32,000 nucleotides of DNA. Source: Gammaproteobacteria bacterium Psp_hYS2021. Lineage in GTDB: Bacteria > Pseudomonadota > Gammaproteobacteria > G963455285. The position numbers were made by a program, and so were the translations under genes. The stretch's first letter is position 1, and every line of letters begins with the position of its first letter. The stretch lies in assembly GCA_963455285.1 (NCBI GenBank), contig OY734021.1, positions 1,054,613 to 1,086,612 of the forward strand. The letters run 5' to 3'. The notes below the pieces were generated by a model. That model saw only the letters and a program-made list of their open reading frames with translations. It was not told the DNA's origin and did not search any database. Shown here piece by piece: positions 1 through 9,158 of the stretch.

Positions 1-1725
1 TTTTCTTATACTATTTAGTAATGTGTCTCTTTTTGGGGTACCAATAATCGTTAATGGTTTTATTAGTTGACCTTTGGTATCAAAAAATAAGAAGGTAGGC
101 GGGCCAAATATATTAAAATTTTTCATTAGTTCAGCTGTTTCATCGTTATTATATGTAACATCAGCTATAATAAAACTAATATTTTCTGTTATTTCAGTTA
201 ATATTTCTTCTTCTTGCAAAGTTGTCCTTTTTATTATTTCACAAGTTACACACCAGTCAGCCGTAACATATATGACAGTTGCAACCTCTTCGTTGGTATT
301 TTGAAATAACAGTTCATTTAATTTTTCAAGGGTATTTACTACAATCTCATCACTAAAAGTATTTTCTAATTTATAGTTCAAGATAAAGTCTTTATTTAGC
401 CATAGGATAGAAGATAAGGTTAATATAGGTAAGCTTACAAAAATTATTTTAGGTATTTTTGATTCACCATAGCCATTTTTAATTCTAATAAAAATAACAA
501 AAGCACAAATAGATAGTATAAATAAAGCAGCCCAATTGAAATAAAAAGGAGTTATCTTACTTACTATGTATAATGCCATATATAAAAGTAGAAATCCTGT
601 TAAAATATTAAGCGCCTTTTTCAAAAATGTGTGTTGATTCAACTTACGTATAGATGATAAGCCCAATGCAAGAAATATCAGAGGCACTCCCATGCCCAAA
701 GCAAATATCCACAATATAGAAGCTCCCCAGATTAAGTCATTGGTTTGACTAATGTAAAGTACTATTCCTACAAATGCAGGGCTAATACAAGGACCTATTA
801 TAGCAGCAGATAAAACTCCTAAAATAATAGCTTGTATAGGCTTAGGTAAAGAACTGCCTGTGGTATTTATATTGATAAAGTTTGGTATTTTTAGCTGATA
901 TAAACCAAATGAAGATAATGCTAAAAGAACCATTACTAAAGCTATGGATATAAGTATCCATTGATTTTGTAAAAATAAATTTAAATTTACCCCTAGTACT
1001 GCGCTTATAATTCCAATAGAGGCAAAAACTAAAGATGTAGATAGAATATATATAGATACAAGATATAACTTGCCTAATCTAGATAAGACTTCACCTTTGG
1101 TTAATATAGCAAGAGTTATTGGGTAGGTCGGTAATACACATGGTGTAAAGCTCAATAATAGTCCTGCGAAGAAAAAGATTATTAACGCAAATACAGAAGA
1201 GGAATTTAATATATCTGTAAAGAAGCTATCTGACAAATTATCTGATGAGTATACATCAATTAAATTTTGAATATTATTATTGCTAAACTCTTCTGTCAGT
1301 CTAAAAGTTATAGTTTCCGGAGGATAACATACTCCTCCATCCCAACAACCTTGGTATTTAACTGAGATGGCAACAGTATCATCTTTGATAGGTATAGTCA
1401 AGTTAGAGGTATACCTATATACATCTTGAAGCCCAAAAAAAGCATCATCTTTTTCTACGAAATTATTCGAAAAGCTTATTTCATCAGCTTTATTAGAATT
1501 TCCTTGATTGTCTATATAGTAAACTTCTATTCTATCCTTGTATAGATAGTATTTATCAGCGACCTCAAAATCGATATAAATTTCTTGGTCATTATTTATT
1601 AGTTCAAAGTCAACCTTAAAAGCTAAATTAGGAGGAAGAGGTGTTTCATCTTGGTGGTTAAATGCACTTATCGATAAGTATAATAAAATTATAATTATTG
1701 AGCTAAGTATTTTTTTACTATACAT
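1..1725 (-). CDS. dsbD: Thiol:disulfide interchange protein DsbD (C-terminal end runs off the left window edge)
   Basis: Absent from the supplied ORF track because it is open at the window edge. Reverse-strand translation from the ATG (complement of 1723-1725) gives MYSKKILSSIIIILLYLSISAFNHQDETPLPPNLAFKVDFELINNDQEIYIDFEVADKYYLYKDRIEVYY, i.e. a signal peptide plus the DsbD N-terminal domain. A long hydrophobic multi-TM core follows. A C-terminal thioredoxin fold carries ADWCVTC (CxxC, complement of 241-261). The frame stays open to nt 1 (exactly 575 codons). Confidence 0.85.
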   Translation of the reverse strand, partial: MYSKKILSSIIIILLYLSISAFNHQDETPLPPNLAFKVDFELINNDQEIYIDFEVADKYYLYKDRIEVYYIDNQGNSNKADEISFSNNFVEKDDAFFGLQDVYRYTSNLTIPIKDDTVAISVKYQGCWDGGVCYPPETITFRLTEEFSNNNIQNLIDVYSSDNLSDSFFTDILNSSSVFALIIFFFAGLLLSFTPCVLPTYPITLAILTKGEVLSRLGKLYLVSIYILSTSLVFASIGIISAVLGVNLNLFLQNQWILISIALVMVLLALSSFGLYQLKIPNFININTTGSSLPKPIQAIILGVLSAAIIGPCISPAFVGIVLYISQTNDLIWGASILWIFALGMGVPLIFLALGLSSIRKLNQHTFLKKALNILTGFLLLYMALYIVSKITPFYFNWAALFILSICAFVIFIRIKNGYGESKIPKIIFVSLPILTLSSILWLNKDFILNYKLENTFSDEIVVNTLEKLNELLFQNTNEEVATVIYVTADWCVTCEIIKRTTLQEEEILTEITENISFIIADVTYNNDETAELMKNFNIFGPPTFLFFDTKGQLIKPLTIIGTPKRDTLLNSIRK

Positions 1726-1785
1726 AAAACAAGCATATATTTAGAGTCAGAGAATATTGTGTTTTATATAATTGCACTTAATAAC

Positions 1786-1821
1786 TAAAAAGGCAATTAG
1801 ATTGGAAAATCTAATTGCCTT
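1786..1821 (-). terminator. Rho-independent terminator downstream of the pal-like gene
   Basis: Perfect 14-bp inverted repeat aaggcaattagatt (1790-1803) / aatctaattgcctt (1808-1821) with a 4-nt loop. On the minus strand the stem runs into GCCTTTTTAG. It lies between the pal-like stop (1862) and the dsbD start (1725). Confidence 0.7.
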
Positions 1822-1861
1822 GAATCAACAGTTAAAATATATTTTTATAATTATTTACAAA

Positions 1862-2428
1862 TTAATTAGGAAGAACTATTTCTGCTCTTCTGTTAAGTGC
1901 CCAAGCTTCCTCATTTTGTCCTTGTGCAACCGGTCTATCTTCTCCCCAGCTAGTAGTATTTATGTTATTAGCTGGAACCCCTCTAGCTCTCAGATAGCGA
2001 GATACTGCTTGAGCACGTCTCATTCCTAGTGCTTGGTTATATTCCCTAGAGCCTCTTTCATCAGCGTGACCTTCTATTGATATAGTATACGTTGGGTCAA
2101 CATTCATAGTCTCAACTAGTATGGGAGATTGACTGTCAAGCAACTCAGTACTTCTTGGCTTTAAGTTCGATCTATCGAAGTCAAAATAATATACTAGATT
2201 AGCGCCAGAGAATAGTGTAGCTATATCAACTACTTGTTGATCTTCATCCACAGCATCAACTTGATCAACTTGTTCTTGTGAATCAGTGCTAACATCAGTT
2301 GTATCCTCTTCTGGCGTTGTTTCTTCAATAACTTCTGGTTGCTCCTCCTCTTGAGTTGGGGTAGAGCTACAGTTAACTAAACCTAGAGTTAATAAGAATA
2401 TTGCTACTAGTCTCAATGTATTTGTCAT
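1862..2428 (-). CDS. pal: Peptidoglycan-associated lipoprotein (Pal / OmpA-family)
   Basis: Signal peptide plus lipobox (LTLGLVNC|SS), then an acidic low-complexity linker. The C-terminal OmpA-like domain shows the Pal-type pattern YYFDFDRSNL...IEGHADERGSREYNQALGMRRAQAV..YL...GV......SWGEDRP......EEAWALNRRAEIV. It is not next to tolQRAB here, so the pal symbol is tentative. Confidence 0.8.
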   Translation of the reverse strand: MTNTLRLVAIFLLTLGLVNCSSTPTQEEEQPEVIEETTPEEDTTDVSTDSQEQVDQVDAVDEDQQVVDIATLFSGANLVYYFDFDRSNLKPRSTELLDSQSPILVETMNVDPTYTISIEGHADERGSREYNQALGMRRAQAVSRYLRARGVPANNINTTSWGEDRPVAQGQNEEAWALNRRAEIVLPN

Positions 2429-2749
2429 AATAAAATCTCCTAAAATTTATTTGTAACTGTCGCTATTAATTTAAATTATAAATAAAATAAATGCCTTAAT
2501 AATTGATAAGTATTGTCCACTTACTCTTAATAATTATATAACACACAATTATAAAATCAATATACAAAACATCTAAAAAGTCACACTAAATTAGATTATT
2601 TATTTTATGAATTGAAAATTACAAATCGTTTTATATCTACAATTGAAATTAAATACATAAATATATAAAATATATGCATAATATATTTAACACATACTTT
2701 TATATAAGTATATTATAATTTTAAAAAACAGCATTATAAAAATAAACTT

Positions 2750-4417
2750 ATGAACGACTTAGAGATAGCACAAAGCACAAAACCATCCCCTATTTTAGAA
2801 ATAGCACGAAAACTCAATATATCAAATGATGATGTAGATTTATACGGTAAATACAAAGGAAAAATACCATTAAAATTAAGGAGTGAAGAAAATATATCTA
2901 ATTCTAATTTAATATTGGTTACAGCCATATCTCCTACTCCATTAGGAGAAGGAAAAACAACTATTTCTATAGGATTAAATGATGCCTTGAATAGAGTAGG
3001 TAAAAAATCAGTTGTTGTTTTACGAGAACCTTCTTTAGGTCCTGTATTTGGAATTAAAGGAGGAGCAGCTGGAGGCGGATATAGTCAAGTAATACCTATG
3101 GAAGATATTAATCTACATTTCACAGGAGATTTTAATGCTATAGAAAAAGCTAATAATTTACTTTCAGCTATGATAGATAATAATCTACGCAGTAAATCCA
3201 GAAATGTTGGTTTAGACCCAGACTTGATAACTTGGAAAAGAGTTATTGACTTAAATGATCGCTCTTTAAGAAATATAGTCATTGGATTAGGTGGCAAAAC
3301 GAATGGATTTGTAAGGGAAGATAGATTTAATATTACCGCTGCATCAGAAATAATGGCTATATTATGTATGGCCGATGACTTACAAGATCTAAAAAAACGC
3401 TTTGAAAAAATATACATAGGAGATAAAAGAGATGGAACTGCTATTTTTGCAAAAGATGTAAGCGCTTCCGGAGCTATGATGGCTTTAATGAAAGAGGCTA
3501 TAAAACCTAATTTAGTGCAAAGCTTAGAAAAAAATCCTGCTATAATACACGGAGGTCCATTTGCTAATATTGCTCAAGGAACTAACTCTATTATAGCTAC
3601 GAAATTAGGAATGAGCTTGGCAGACTATACAGTTACAGAAGCAGGTTTTGGTGCAGATTTGGGTGCAGAGAAATTTCTAAATATAAAATGTCGCCATGCA
3701 GGCATATCCCCTAAATCTGTTGTTATTGTTGCTACTATTAGAGCATTAAAGTACCATGGTGGAGCTAATTTAAAATCTTTAACCGCAGAAGATTTAAATT
3801 CATTAAAAAAAGGATTACCTAATTTAGAAAAACATATCGAAAATATTAAAAGCTTTAATTTACCTGTAGTTGTAGCTATAAATGCTTTTAGCATAGATAC
3901 ACAAAATGAAATCGATATGGTTAAAAATCATTGTAGTGAACTAGGAGTAGAAGCTTCCGTAGTAACAGCATGGTCAGATGGAAGTAAAGGAGCTGAAGAC
4001 TTGGCACATTGTGTAACAAGGTCAGTAAATAAATACAATGGCAAATTTATTCCTACCTATGATCTAAACGATAGTATCGAAGATAAAATAAATAAGATAG
4101 CTTCTAATATCTATGGTAGTGATGATGTTGTCTTCGCAAATAAGGCATTATCTCAAATAAAACGATTTAATGAGCTTGGTTTTGATAAGCTAGCTGTATG
4201 CATTGCTAAAACACAAAAATCTCTATCTGATGATGATAAGCTTTTAGGTAGACCTTCAAATTTCAAAATAAAAATTAACGAATTTGAAGTAGCTGCAGGA
4301 GCAGGGTTTATTATACCTATAGCAGGTAATATAATGCGTATGCCTGGTTTACCTGAAATTCCATCCGCTGAAAATATAGATATTAATGATAAAGGAGAAA
4401 TATCAGGACTATTTTAA
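2750..4417 (+). CDS. fhs: Formate--tetrahydrofolate ligase (N10-formyl-THF synthetase)
   Basis: 555 aa, the right length for the family. Diagnostic nucleotide-binding motif PTPLGEGKTT (SPTPLGEGKTTISIGL) and conserved EPSLGPVFGIKGGAAGGGY segment. Confidence 0.93.
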   Translation: MNDLEIAQSTKPSPILEIARKLNISNDDVDLYGKYKGKIPLKLRSEENISNSNLILVTAISPTPLGEGKTTISIGLNDALNRVGKKSVVVLREPSLGPVFGIKGGAAGGGYSQVIPMEDINLHFTGDFNAIEKANNLLSAMIDNNLRSKSRNVGLDPDLITWKRVIDLNDRSLRNIVIGLGGKTNGFVREDRFNITAASEIMAILCMADDLQDLKKRFEKIYIGDKRDGTAIFAKDVSASGAMMALMKEAIKPNLVQSLEKNPAIIHGGPFANIAQGTNSIIATKLGMSLADYTVTEAGFGADLGAEKFLNIKCRHAGISPKSVVIVATIRALKYHGGANLKSLTAEDLNSLKKGLPNLEKHIENIKSFNLPVVVAINAFSIDTQNEIDMVKNHCSELGVEASVVTAWSDGSKGAEDLAHCVTRSVNKYNGKFIPTYDLNDSIEDKINKIASNIYGSDDVVFANKALSQIKRFNELGFDKLAVCIAKTQKSLSDDDKLLGRPSNFKIKINEFEVAAGAGFIIPIAGNIMRMPGLPEIPSAENIDINDKGEISGLF

Positions 4418-4482
4418 ATTTATAGAATTTTTCTATATAATATATGAAATATAGTAATTGACAAATTAATATAGTGTAAATT

Positions 4483-5061
4483 ATGAAAAAATTCTCAAAA
4501 ATAACGGCTAAAGTATCTTATTTGCCTATAACTAATGTTGATACAGATAAAATTATTCCTAAAGAATACTTAAAAACTATAAAAAGATCTGGATTAGGAA
4601 AATATTTATTTTCTGAGCTAAGGTATGATAGCCAAGGTTATCCAATAGAAGATTTTATATTAAACAAAAGAGCAGATACTAAGATACTATTGTCAGGAGA
4701 GAATTTCGGATGTGGCTCTAGCAGAGAACACGCTGTGTGGTCAATTTTGGATTTTGGTATAGATGTTGTAATAGCACCTAGCTTTGCTGATATTTTTTAT
4801 GGTAATAGCTTTAAAAATGGTTTGTTGTTAGTAATCATGCCAAAGACTACAATAGAAGCCCTTGCTAAGGAAGATTCCTTAACTGTCGATTTAGAAAATC
4901 AAAAGATTATATCGGAAGATAAAGCTTATGATTTTTCGATAGAGCCATATCTAAAAGATATACTACTCAATGGATTAGATGATATAGAAAAAGCACTAGA
5001 ATGGAAAGACGATATATACAATTTTGAACGCTTTTATAAGCAGAAGTATAGTTGGTTATAA
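4483..5061 (+). CDS. leuD: 3-isopropylmalate dehydratase small subunit
   Basis: 192 aa. N-terminus ...PITNVDTDKIIPKEYLKTIKRSGLGKYLF and the GENFGCGSSREHAVW motif are typical of LeuD. No leuC is adjacent. Confidence 0.88.
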   Translation: MKKFSKITAKVSYLPITNVDTDKIIPKEYLKTIKRSGLGKYLFSELRYDSQGYPIEDFILNKRADTKILLSGENFGCGSSREHAVWSILDFGIDVVIAPSFADIFYGNSFKNGLLLVIMPKTTIEALAKEDSLTVDLENQKIISEDKAYDFSIEPYLKDILLNGLDDIEKALEWKDDIYNFERFYKQKYSWL

Positions 5062-5113
5062 AAATCAATTTTAAACTATTTTTATTAATAATTTCTAAAT
5101 AATAAAACTTAAA

Positions 5114-6193
5114 GTGTATAAGCTATTGATTATAGAAGGTGATGGAATAGGGCCTGAGATTATGAATGAGGCAAGAAAAATTTTATCTATATTATCAGAT
5201 AAAATACCTATTTCGATTGAAGAAAGTGCTTTAGGAGGTAGCGCTATAGATGCTTTTGGCAGTCCTTTTCCAGAAGAAACTAAGGAAAAAGGTCAAGTTT
5301 CTGATGCTGTTTTACTTGGAGCTGTTGGCGGTTCAAAGTGGGATTCTCTACCTATAGACCAGCGTCCGGAAAAAGGTTTATTAGGAATTCGTAAAACTCT
5401 AGAGCTATATGCAAATATAAGACCTTTGGACATTTTTACAGAATTATCATCAGCGTCTTCATTAAAGCCTGAAGTAATAAAAAATACATCTATGATTGTT
5501 ATACGAGAGCTTACAGGAGATGTTTATTTTGGAGAGCCTAGAGGAAAGGATGTAGACAATGATGGAGTTCGTAAAGCATTTAATACAATGGTTTATAGTG
5601 AGGATGAAATAAAAAGAGTTACTAAAATAGCATTTGAAATAGCACGTAAACGTAGGAAAAAAGTATGTTCGGTAGACAAAGCAAATGTCTTAGAGAGTAT
5701 GGTTTTATGGAGAGAAGTTGTAACCGAATTATCTAAAGAATACCCTGATATAGAGCTTGATCATATGTATGTAGATAATGTATCTATGGCAATAATTCAA
5801 AGACCAGCAGTATTTGATGTATTATTAACACCTAATATGTTTGGAGATATTCTTTCTGATGAAATGTCTGCTATTGGTTCATCGCTTGGGCTTATGCCTT
5901 CAGCTTCACTAGGCTATGAAAAGGCTCTTTATGAACCTATACATGGAAGTGCCCCTGATATAGCAGGTAAAGGCATAGCTAATCCTATAGGCATGATATT
6001 GAGCCTTGCAATGATGTTGGAGTTTTCCTTTAAGCATGAAAAGATTAGTAAGATTTTAAAAAATGCCGTTGGTAAAACTATATCAAAAGGCTACAGAACC
6101 AAAGATATCTACACAGAAGGTACTGAATTACTCAGCACTTCAGAGATCGGTGACAAAATCGCAAAATACTTTAAAGAAGAATTAGATAGTTAA
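5114..6193 (+). CDS. leuB: 3-isopropylmalate dehydrogenase
   Basis: 359 aa with a GTG start. Shows EGDGIGPEIM, the LLGAVGG.KWD motif, and the NMFGDILSDE and HGSAPDIAGKGIANP motifs of the isocitrate/isopropylmalate dehydrogenase family. Confidence 0.92.
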   Translation: MYKLLIIEGDGIGPEIMNEARKILSILSDKIPISIEESALGGSAIDAFGSPFPEETKEKGQVSDAVLLGAVGGSKWDSLPIDQRPEKGLLGIRKTLELYANIRPLDIFTELSSASSLKPEVIKNTSMIVIRELTGDVYFGEPRGKDVDNDGVRKAFNTMVYSEDEIKRVTKIAFEIARKRRKKVCSVDKANVLESMVLWREVVTELSKEYPDIELDHMYVDNVSMAIIQRPAVFDVLLTPNMFGDILSDEMSAIGSSLGLMPSASLGYEKALYEPIHGSAPDIAGKGIANPIGMILSLAMMLEFSFKHEKISKILKNAVGKTISKGYRTKDIYTEGTELLSTSEIGDKIAKYFKEELDS

Positions 6194-6212
6194 TAGCTAA
6201 TATTATTAAAAA

Positions 6213-7079
6213 ATGAAAGCAATTATATTAGCAGGTGGTAATGGTACGAGGTTATATCCAATAACTAAATCTATATCTAAACAGCTACTACCTGTTTATG
6301 ATAAACCAATGATTTATTATCCACTATCTGTATTGATGTTAGCTGGAATAAAGGATATATTAATTATTACAACACCTCATGATATAGATAACTTTAAAAA
6401 GTTATTGTCAAATGGTGTTCAATGGGGGGTAAACTTAAGCTATGAAATTCAGGAAAGGCCGGATGGCTTAGCACAAGCATTTATTATAGGAGAAAGTTTT
6501 ATAGGAAGTGATAATGTTTGTTTAATTCTCGGAGATAATATTTTTTATGGTCAGGGATTTTCAAATATATTAAAAAGAGCAGTTCTGCTAAAAGATGGAG
6601 CAATTGTTTTTGCATATCCTGTTTTTGATCCGCATAGGTTTGGTGTAGTAGAGTTTGATAAAAATAATAAAGCTTTGTCCATCGAAGAAAAACCGGAAAA
6701 GCCTAAATCAAAATTTGCCGTTACCGGGCTTTATTTTTACGATAATAATGTAGTCAAAATTGCAAAAGAGATAAAACCATCAGCTAGAGGAGAGTTAGAA
6801 ATAACATCTGTTAATCAAGAATATTTAAAAAAGAGTAAACTACATGTAGAAGTTCTTGGTAGAGGTTTTGCTTGGCTTGACACTGGGACAGTTGATACAC
6901 TAATTGATGCAGGGCAGTTTGTTCAAACTATAGAAAACAGGCAAGGTTATAAAATAGCTTGTTTAGAGGAAATTGCATATAATAATGGATGGATAACTAA
7001 GGATAATCTACTGAAAATCGCTGAACAATACAATAATACTTATGGGTTGTATTTGAAAGGAATTATTGAACATGGATAA
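6213..7079 (+). CDS. rfbA: Glucose-1-phosphate thymidylyltransferase
   Basis: 288 aa. [46 protein letters not shown] is the canonical RmlA N-terminus. It starts only 19 nt after the leuB stop. Confidence 0.93.
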   Translation: MKAIILAGGNGTRLYPITKSISKQLLPVYDKPMIYYPLSVLMLAGIKDILIITTPHDIDNFKKLLSNGVQWGVNLSYEIQERPDGLAQAFIIGESFIGSDNVCLILGDNIFYGQGFSNILKRAVLLKDGAIVFAYPVFDPHRFGVVEFDKNNKALSIEEKPEKPKSKFAVTGLYFYDNNVVKIAKEIKPSARGELEITSVNQEYLKKSKLHVEVLGRGFAWLDTGTVDTLIDAGQFVQTIENRQGYKIACLEEIAYNNGWITKDNLLKIAEQYNNTYGLYLKGIIEHG

Positions 7080-8094
7080 TATACTTATCACAGGTGGAGC
7101 AGGCTTTATAGGTTCTAACTTTATTTCATATATTCTTAATAAATATCAGGAATATTCTATTATCAATCTAGATAAATTGACTTATGCAGGTAGCTTAGAA
7201 AACTTGAAAGAGGTAGAAAATCATAATCGTTATACTTTTGTAAAAGGAGATATTATCGATGAAAATCTAGTTGAAAATATATTTAAAGATTATGATATAA
7301 GAAACGTAATACATTTTGCAGCAGAGTCACATGTTGATAACTCAATAGAGACACCTTTAATTTTTACTCAAAGTAATGTTGTTGGGACTCATGTATTGCT
7401 TAATGTAGCTTATAAATATTGGTTTGAAGAGCCATTTAAATATAAAAAAGAATATAATAACTCAAGATTTCATCATATATCGACAGATGAGGTTTACGGA
7501 ACATTAGGCAAAACAGGATATTTTACAGAAAACACTCCATATACACCGAATTCTCCATATAGTGCAAGTAAGGCGTCTTCTGATATGTTAGTAAGAAGTT
7601 ATTTTCATACATATAGATTAAATACTATAATAACAAACTGTTCTAACAATTACGGACAGAAACAGCACGATGAGAAATTGATTCCGACTATTATTAGAAA
7701 TGCCTTAAAAGAAAATAAAATTCCAATCTATGGCGATGGGAAAAATATTCGTGATTGGTTATATGTGGAAGACCATTGTAATGCGATAGATATAGTTTTT
7801 CATAAAGGAAAGGAAGGAGAAACATATAATATCGGGGGAAACAACGAACAGAATAATTTGGATTTGGCGAAGTTAATATGTTCTGTTTTGGATAAAGAAA
7901 AACCCAGAGGAAATAATAGACCGTATTCGGAATTAATAACCTTTGTAAAAGACAGACCAGGTCATGACAAAAGATATGCGATTGATTCTTCAAAGATATT
8001 TAATGAGTTAGAATGGGAAGCTAACAGTAATTTTGAGGATCTGTTATTAAAGACAATTAAATGGTATATAAATAAATATGATTCCGGTAACTAA
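7066..8094 (+). CDS. rfbB: dTDP-glucose 4,6-dehydratase
   Basis: 342 aa. Rossmann motif [15 protein letters not shown] catalytic YSASKASSD (YxxxK), and the [13 protein letters not shown]-terminal signature. It overlaps rfbA by 14 nt, suggesting translational coupling. Confidence 0.93.
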   Translation: MNMDNILITGGAGFIGSNFISYILNKYQEYSIINLDKLTYAGSLENLKEVENHNRYTFVKGDIIDENLVENIFKDYDIRNVIHFAAESHVDNSIETPLIFTQSNVVGTHVLLNVAYKYWFEEPFKYKKEYNNSRFHHISTDEVYGTLGKTGYFTENTPYTPNSPYSASKASSDMLVRSYFHTYRLNTIITNCSNNYGQKQHDEKLIPTIIRNALKENKIPIYGDGKNIRDWLYVEDHCNAIDIVFHKGKEGETYNIGGNNEQNNLDLAKLICSVLDKEKPRGNNRPYSELITFVKDRPGHDKRYAIDSSKIFNELEWEANSNFEDLLLKTIKWYINKYDSGN

Positions 8095-9139
8095 ACCATA
8101 TCTTCCTGATAGGAAAAAACTCAATTCATACATAGATAGGATATACGAAGCTAATCAGCTCACCAATAATGGATATTTACTCCAATCTCTTGAAGAACGC
8201 TTAAGAGAATATTTAAACATAAAAAATTTACTATTAGTTACAAATGGAACACTGGCGTTGCAGGTGATCTACAAAATACTTAGGATTCAAAAAGAAGTTA
8301 TAACTACGCCTTTTTCCTTTGTTGCAACGACAAGTTCTTTAGTTTGGGACGGGATAAAGCCGAGTTTTGTTGATATTGACAGAAAAACATTAAATATCGA
8401 TTTTTCCTTAATTCAAGAAAAAATTACAAATGATACCGAAGCTATACTCCCTGTACATGTTTATGGTAATGTTTGTGACGTTGAGCAAATTGATACAATT
8501 GCCAAACAAAACAATTTAAAAACAGTTTATGATGCGGCACATACCTTTGGCGTTCGGTATAAAAATAAAAGTATATTAAATTATGGGGATGCCTCAATAT
8601 TAAGCTTTCACGCAACTAAATTATTCCACACAATAGAAGGAGGAGCGATAGTATTTAAGGAGAAGGAAAATATTGATATAGCGAAGGAAATGATTAACTT
8701 TGGATTGTCAAACGGAGATATTAAAGAGCTTGGTATAAATACTAAAATGAACGAATTTCAAGCAGCTATGGGTTTAGCTGTATTGGATGATATTGAATAT
8801 ATTTTTGAAGAGCGCAAAAGACTATGGAATTTATACTATAGTTCTTTAAAAGATTTCGTAGAATTCCCCCAGTGGAATAATAATTCTAGCAATAATTATT
8901 CGTACTTCCCTATAATATTAGAAAGCAAAGAAAAACTTCTTAATATAGTCGATAAATTAAATGGAGAGAATATATTCCCAAGAAGGTATTTTTATCCTTC
9001 TTTAAACAAATTGAACTATGTTAACTATCAGAGATGCGTTATATCGGAAGATATTTCAAGACGAATATTGTGTCTTCCTTTTTATGTAGGATTAAGTAAT
9101 AATATTATTAATATGATAGCAGAGATTATAAAGCGATAA
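8078..9139 (+). CDS. DegT/DnrJ/EryC1/StrS-family PLP aminotransferase (dTDP-4-keto-6-deoxyhexose 4-aminotransferase, WbtI/WecE/VioA-like)
   Basis: 353 aa. IPVTKPYLP start, NGTLAL, DAAH, and SFHATK (PLP-lysine context) are typical of sugar aminotransferases. It overlaps rfbB by 17 nt. Gluco versus galacto product stereochemistry cannot be read from sequence. Confidence 0.85.
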   Translation: MIPVTKPYLPDRKKLNSYIDRIYEANQLTNNGYLLQSLEERLREYLNIKNLLLVTNGTLALQVIYKILRIQKEVITTPFSFVATTSSLVWDGIKPSFVDIDRKTLNIDFSLIQEKITNDTEAILPVHVYGNVCDVEQIDTIAKQNNLKTVYDAAHTFGVRYKNKSILNYGDASILSFHATKLFHTIEGGAIVFKEKENIDIAKEMINFGLSNGDIKELGINTKMNEFQAAMGLAVLDDIEYIFEERKRLWNLYYSSLKDFVEFPQWNNNSSNNYSYFPIILESKEKLLNIVDKLNGENIFPRRYFYPSLNKLNYVNYQRCVISEDISRRILCLPFYVGLSNNIINMIAEIIKR

Positions 9140-9158
9140 ATTGTATTGGCAAGAAAAC

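Noticed and set aside
74-304. 76-aa + strand ORF from the track
   Set aside because: It lies entirely antisense to the thioredoxin domain of dsbD, whose minus-strand frame is open and motif-rich (ADWCVTC). Its composition is hydrophobic and low-complexity, typical of a shadow ORF in AT-rich DNA.
1772-2029. 85-aa + strand ORF
   Set aside because: It starts inside the pal terminator hairpin and runs antisense to the conserved OmpA-like domain of the pal-like gene. It has no recognisable motifs.
2429-2749. Possible ZTP (pfl) or THF riboswitch upstream of fhs
   Set aside because: Those riboswitches need GC-containing conserved cores (for example a CCGCCTGGGCA-like element for ZTP). This 320-bp spacer is almost pure A/T and shows no such core or convincing helices.
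2734-3894. Three minus-strand ORFs (2734-2928, 3085-3417, 3625-3894)
   Set aside because: All are antisense shadows inside fhs, which has unmistakable family motifs on the + strand.
7694-7993. 99-aa minus-strand ORF inside rfbB
   Set aside because: It is an antisense shadow ORF. The rfbB frame carries the SDR catalytic and C-terminal signatures.
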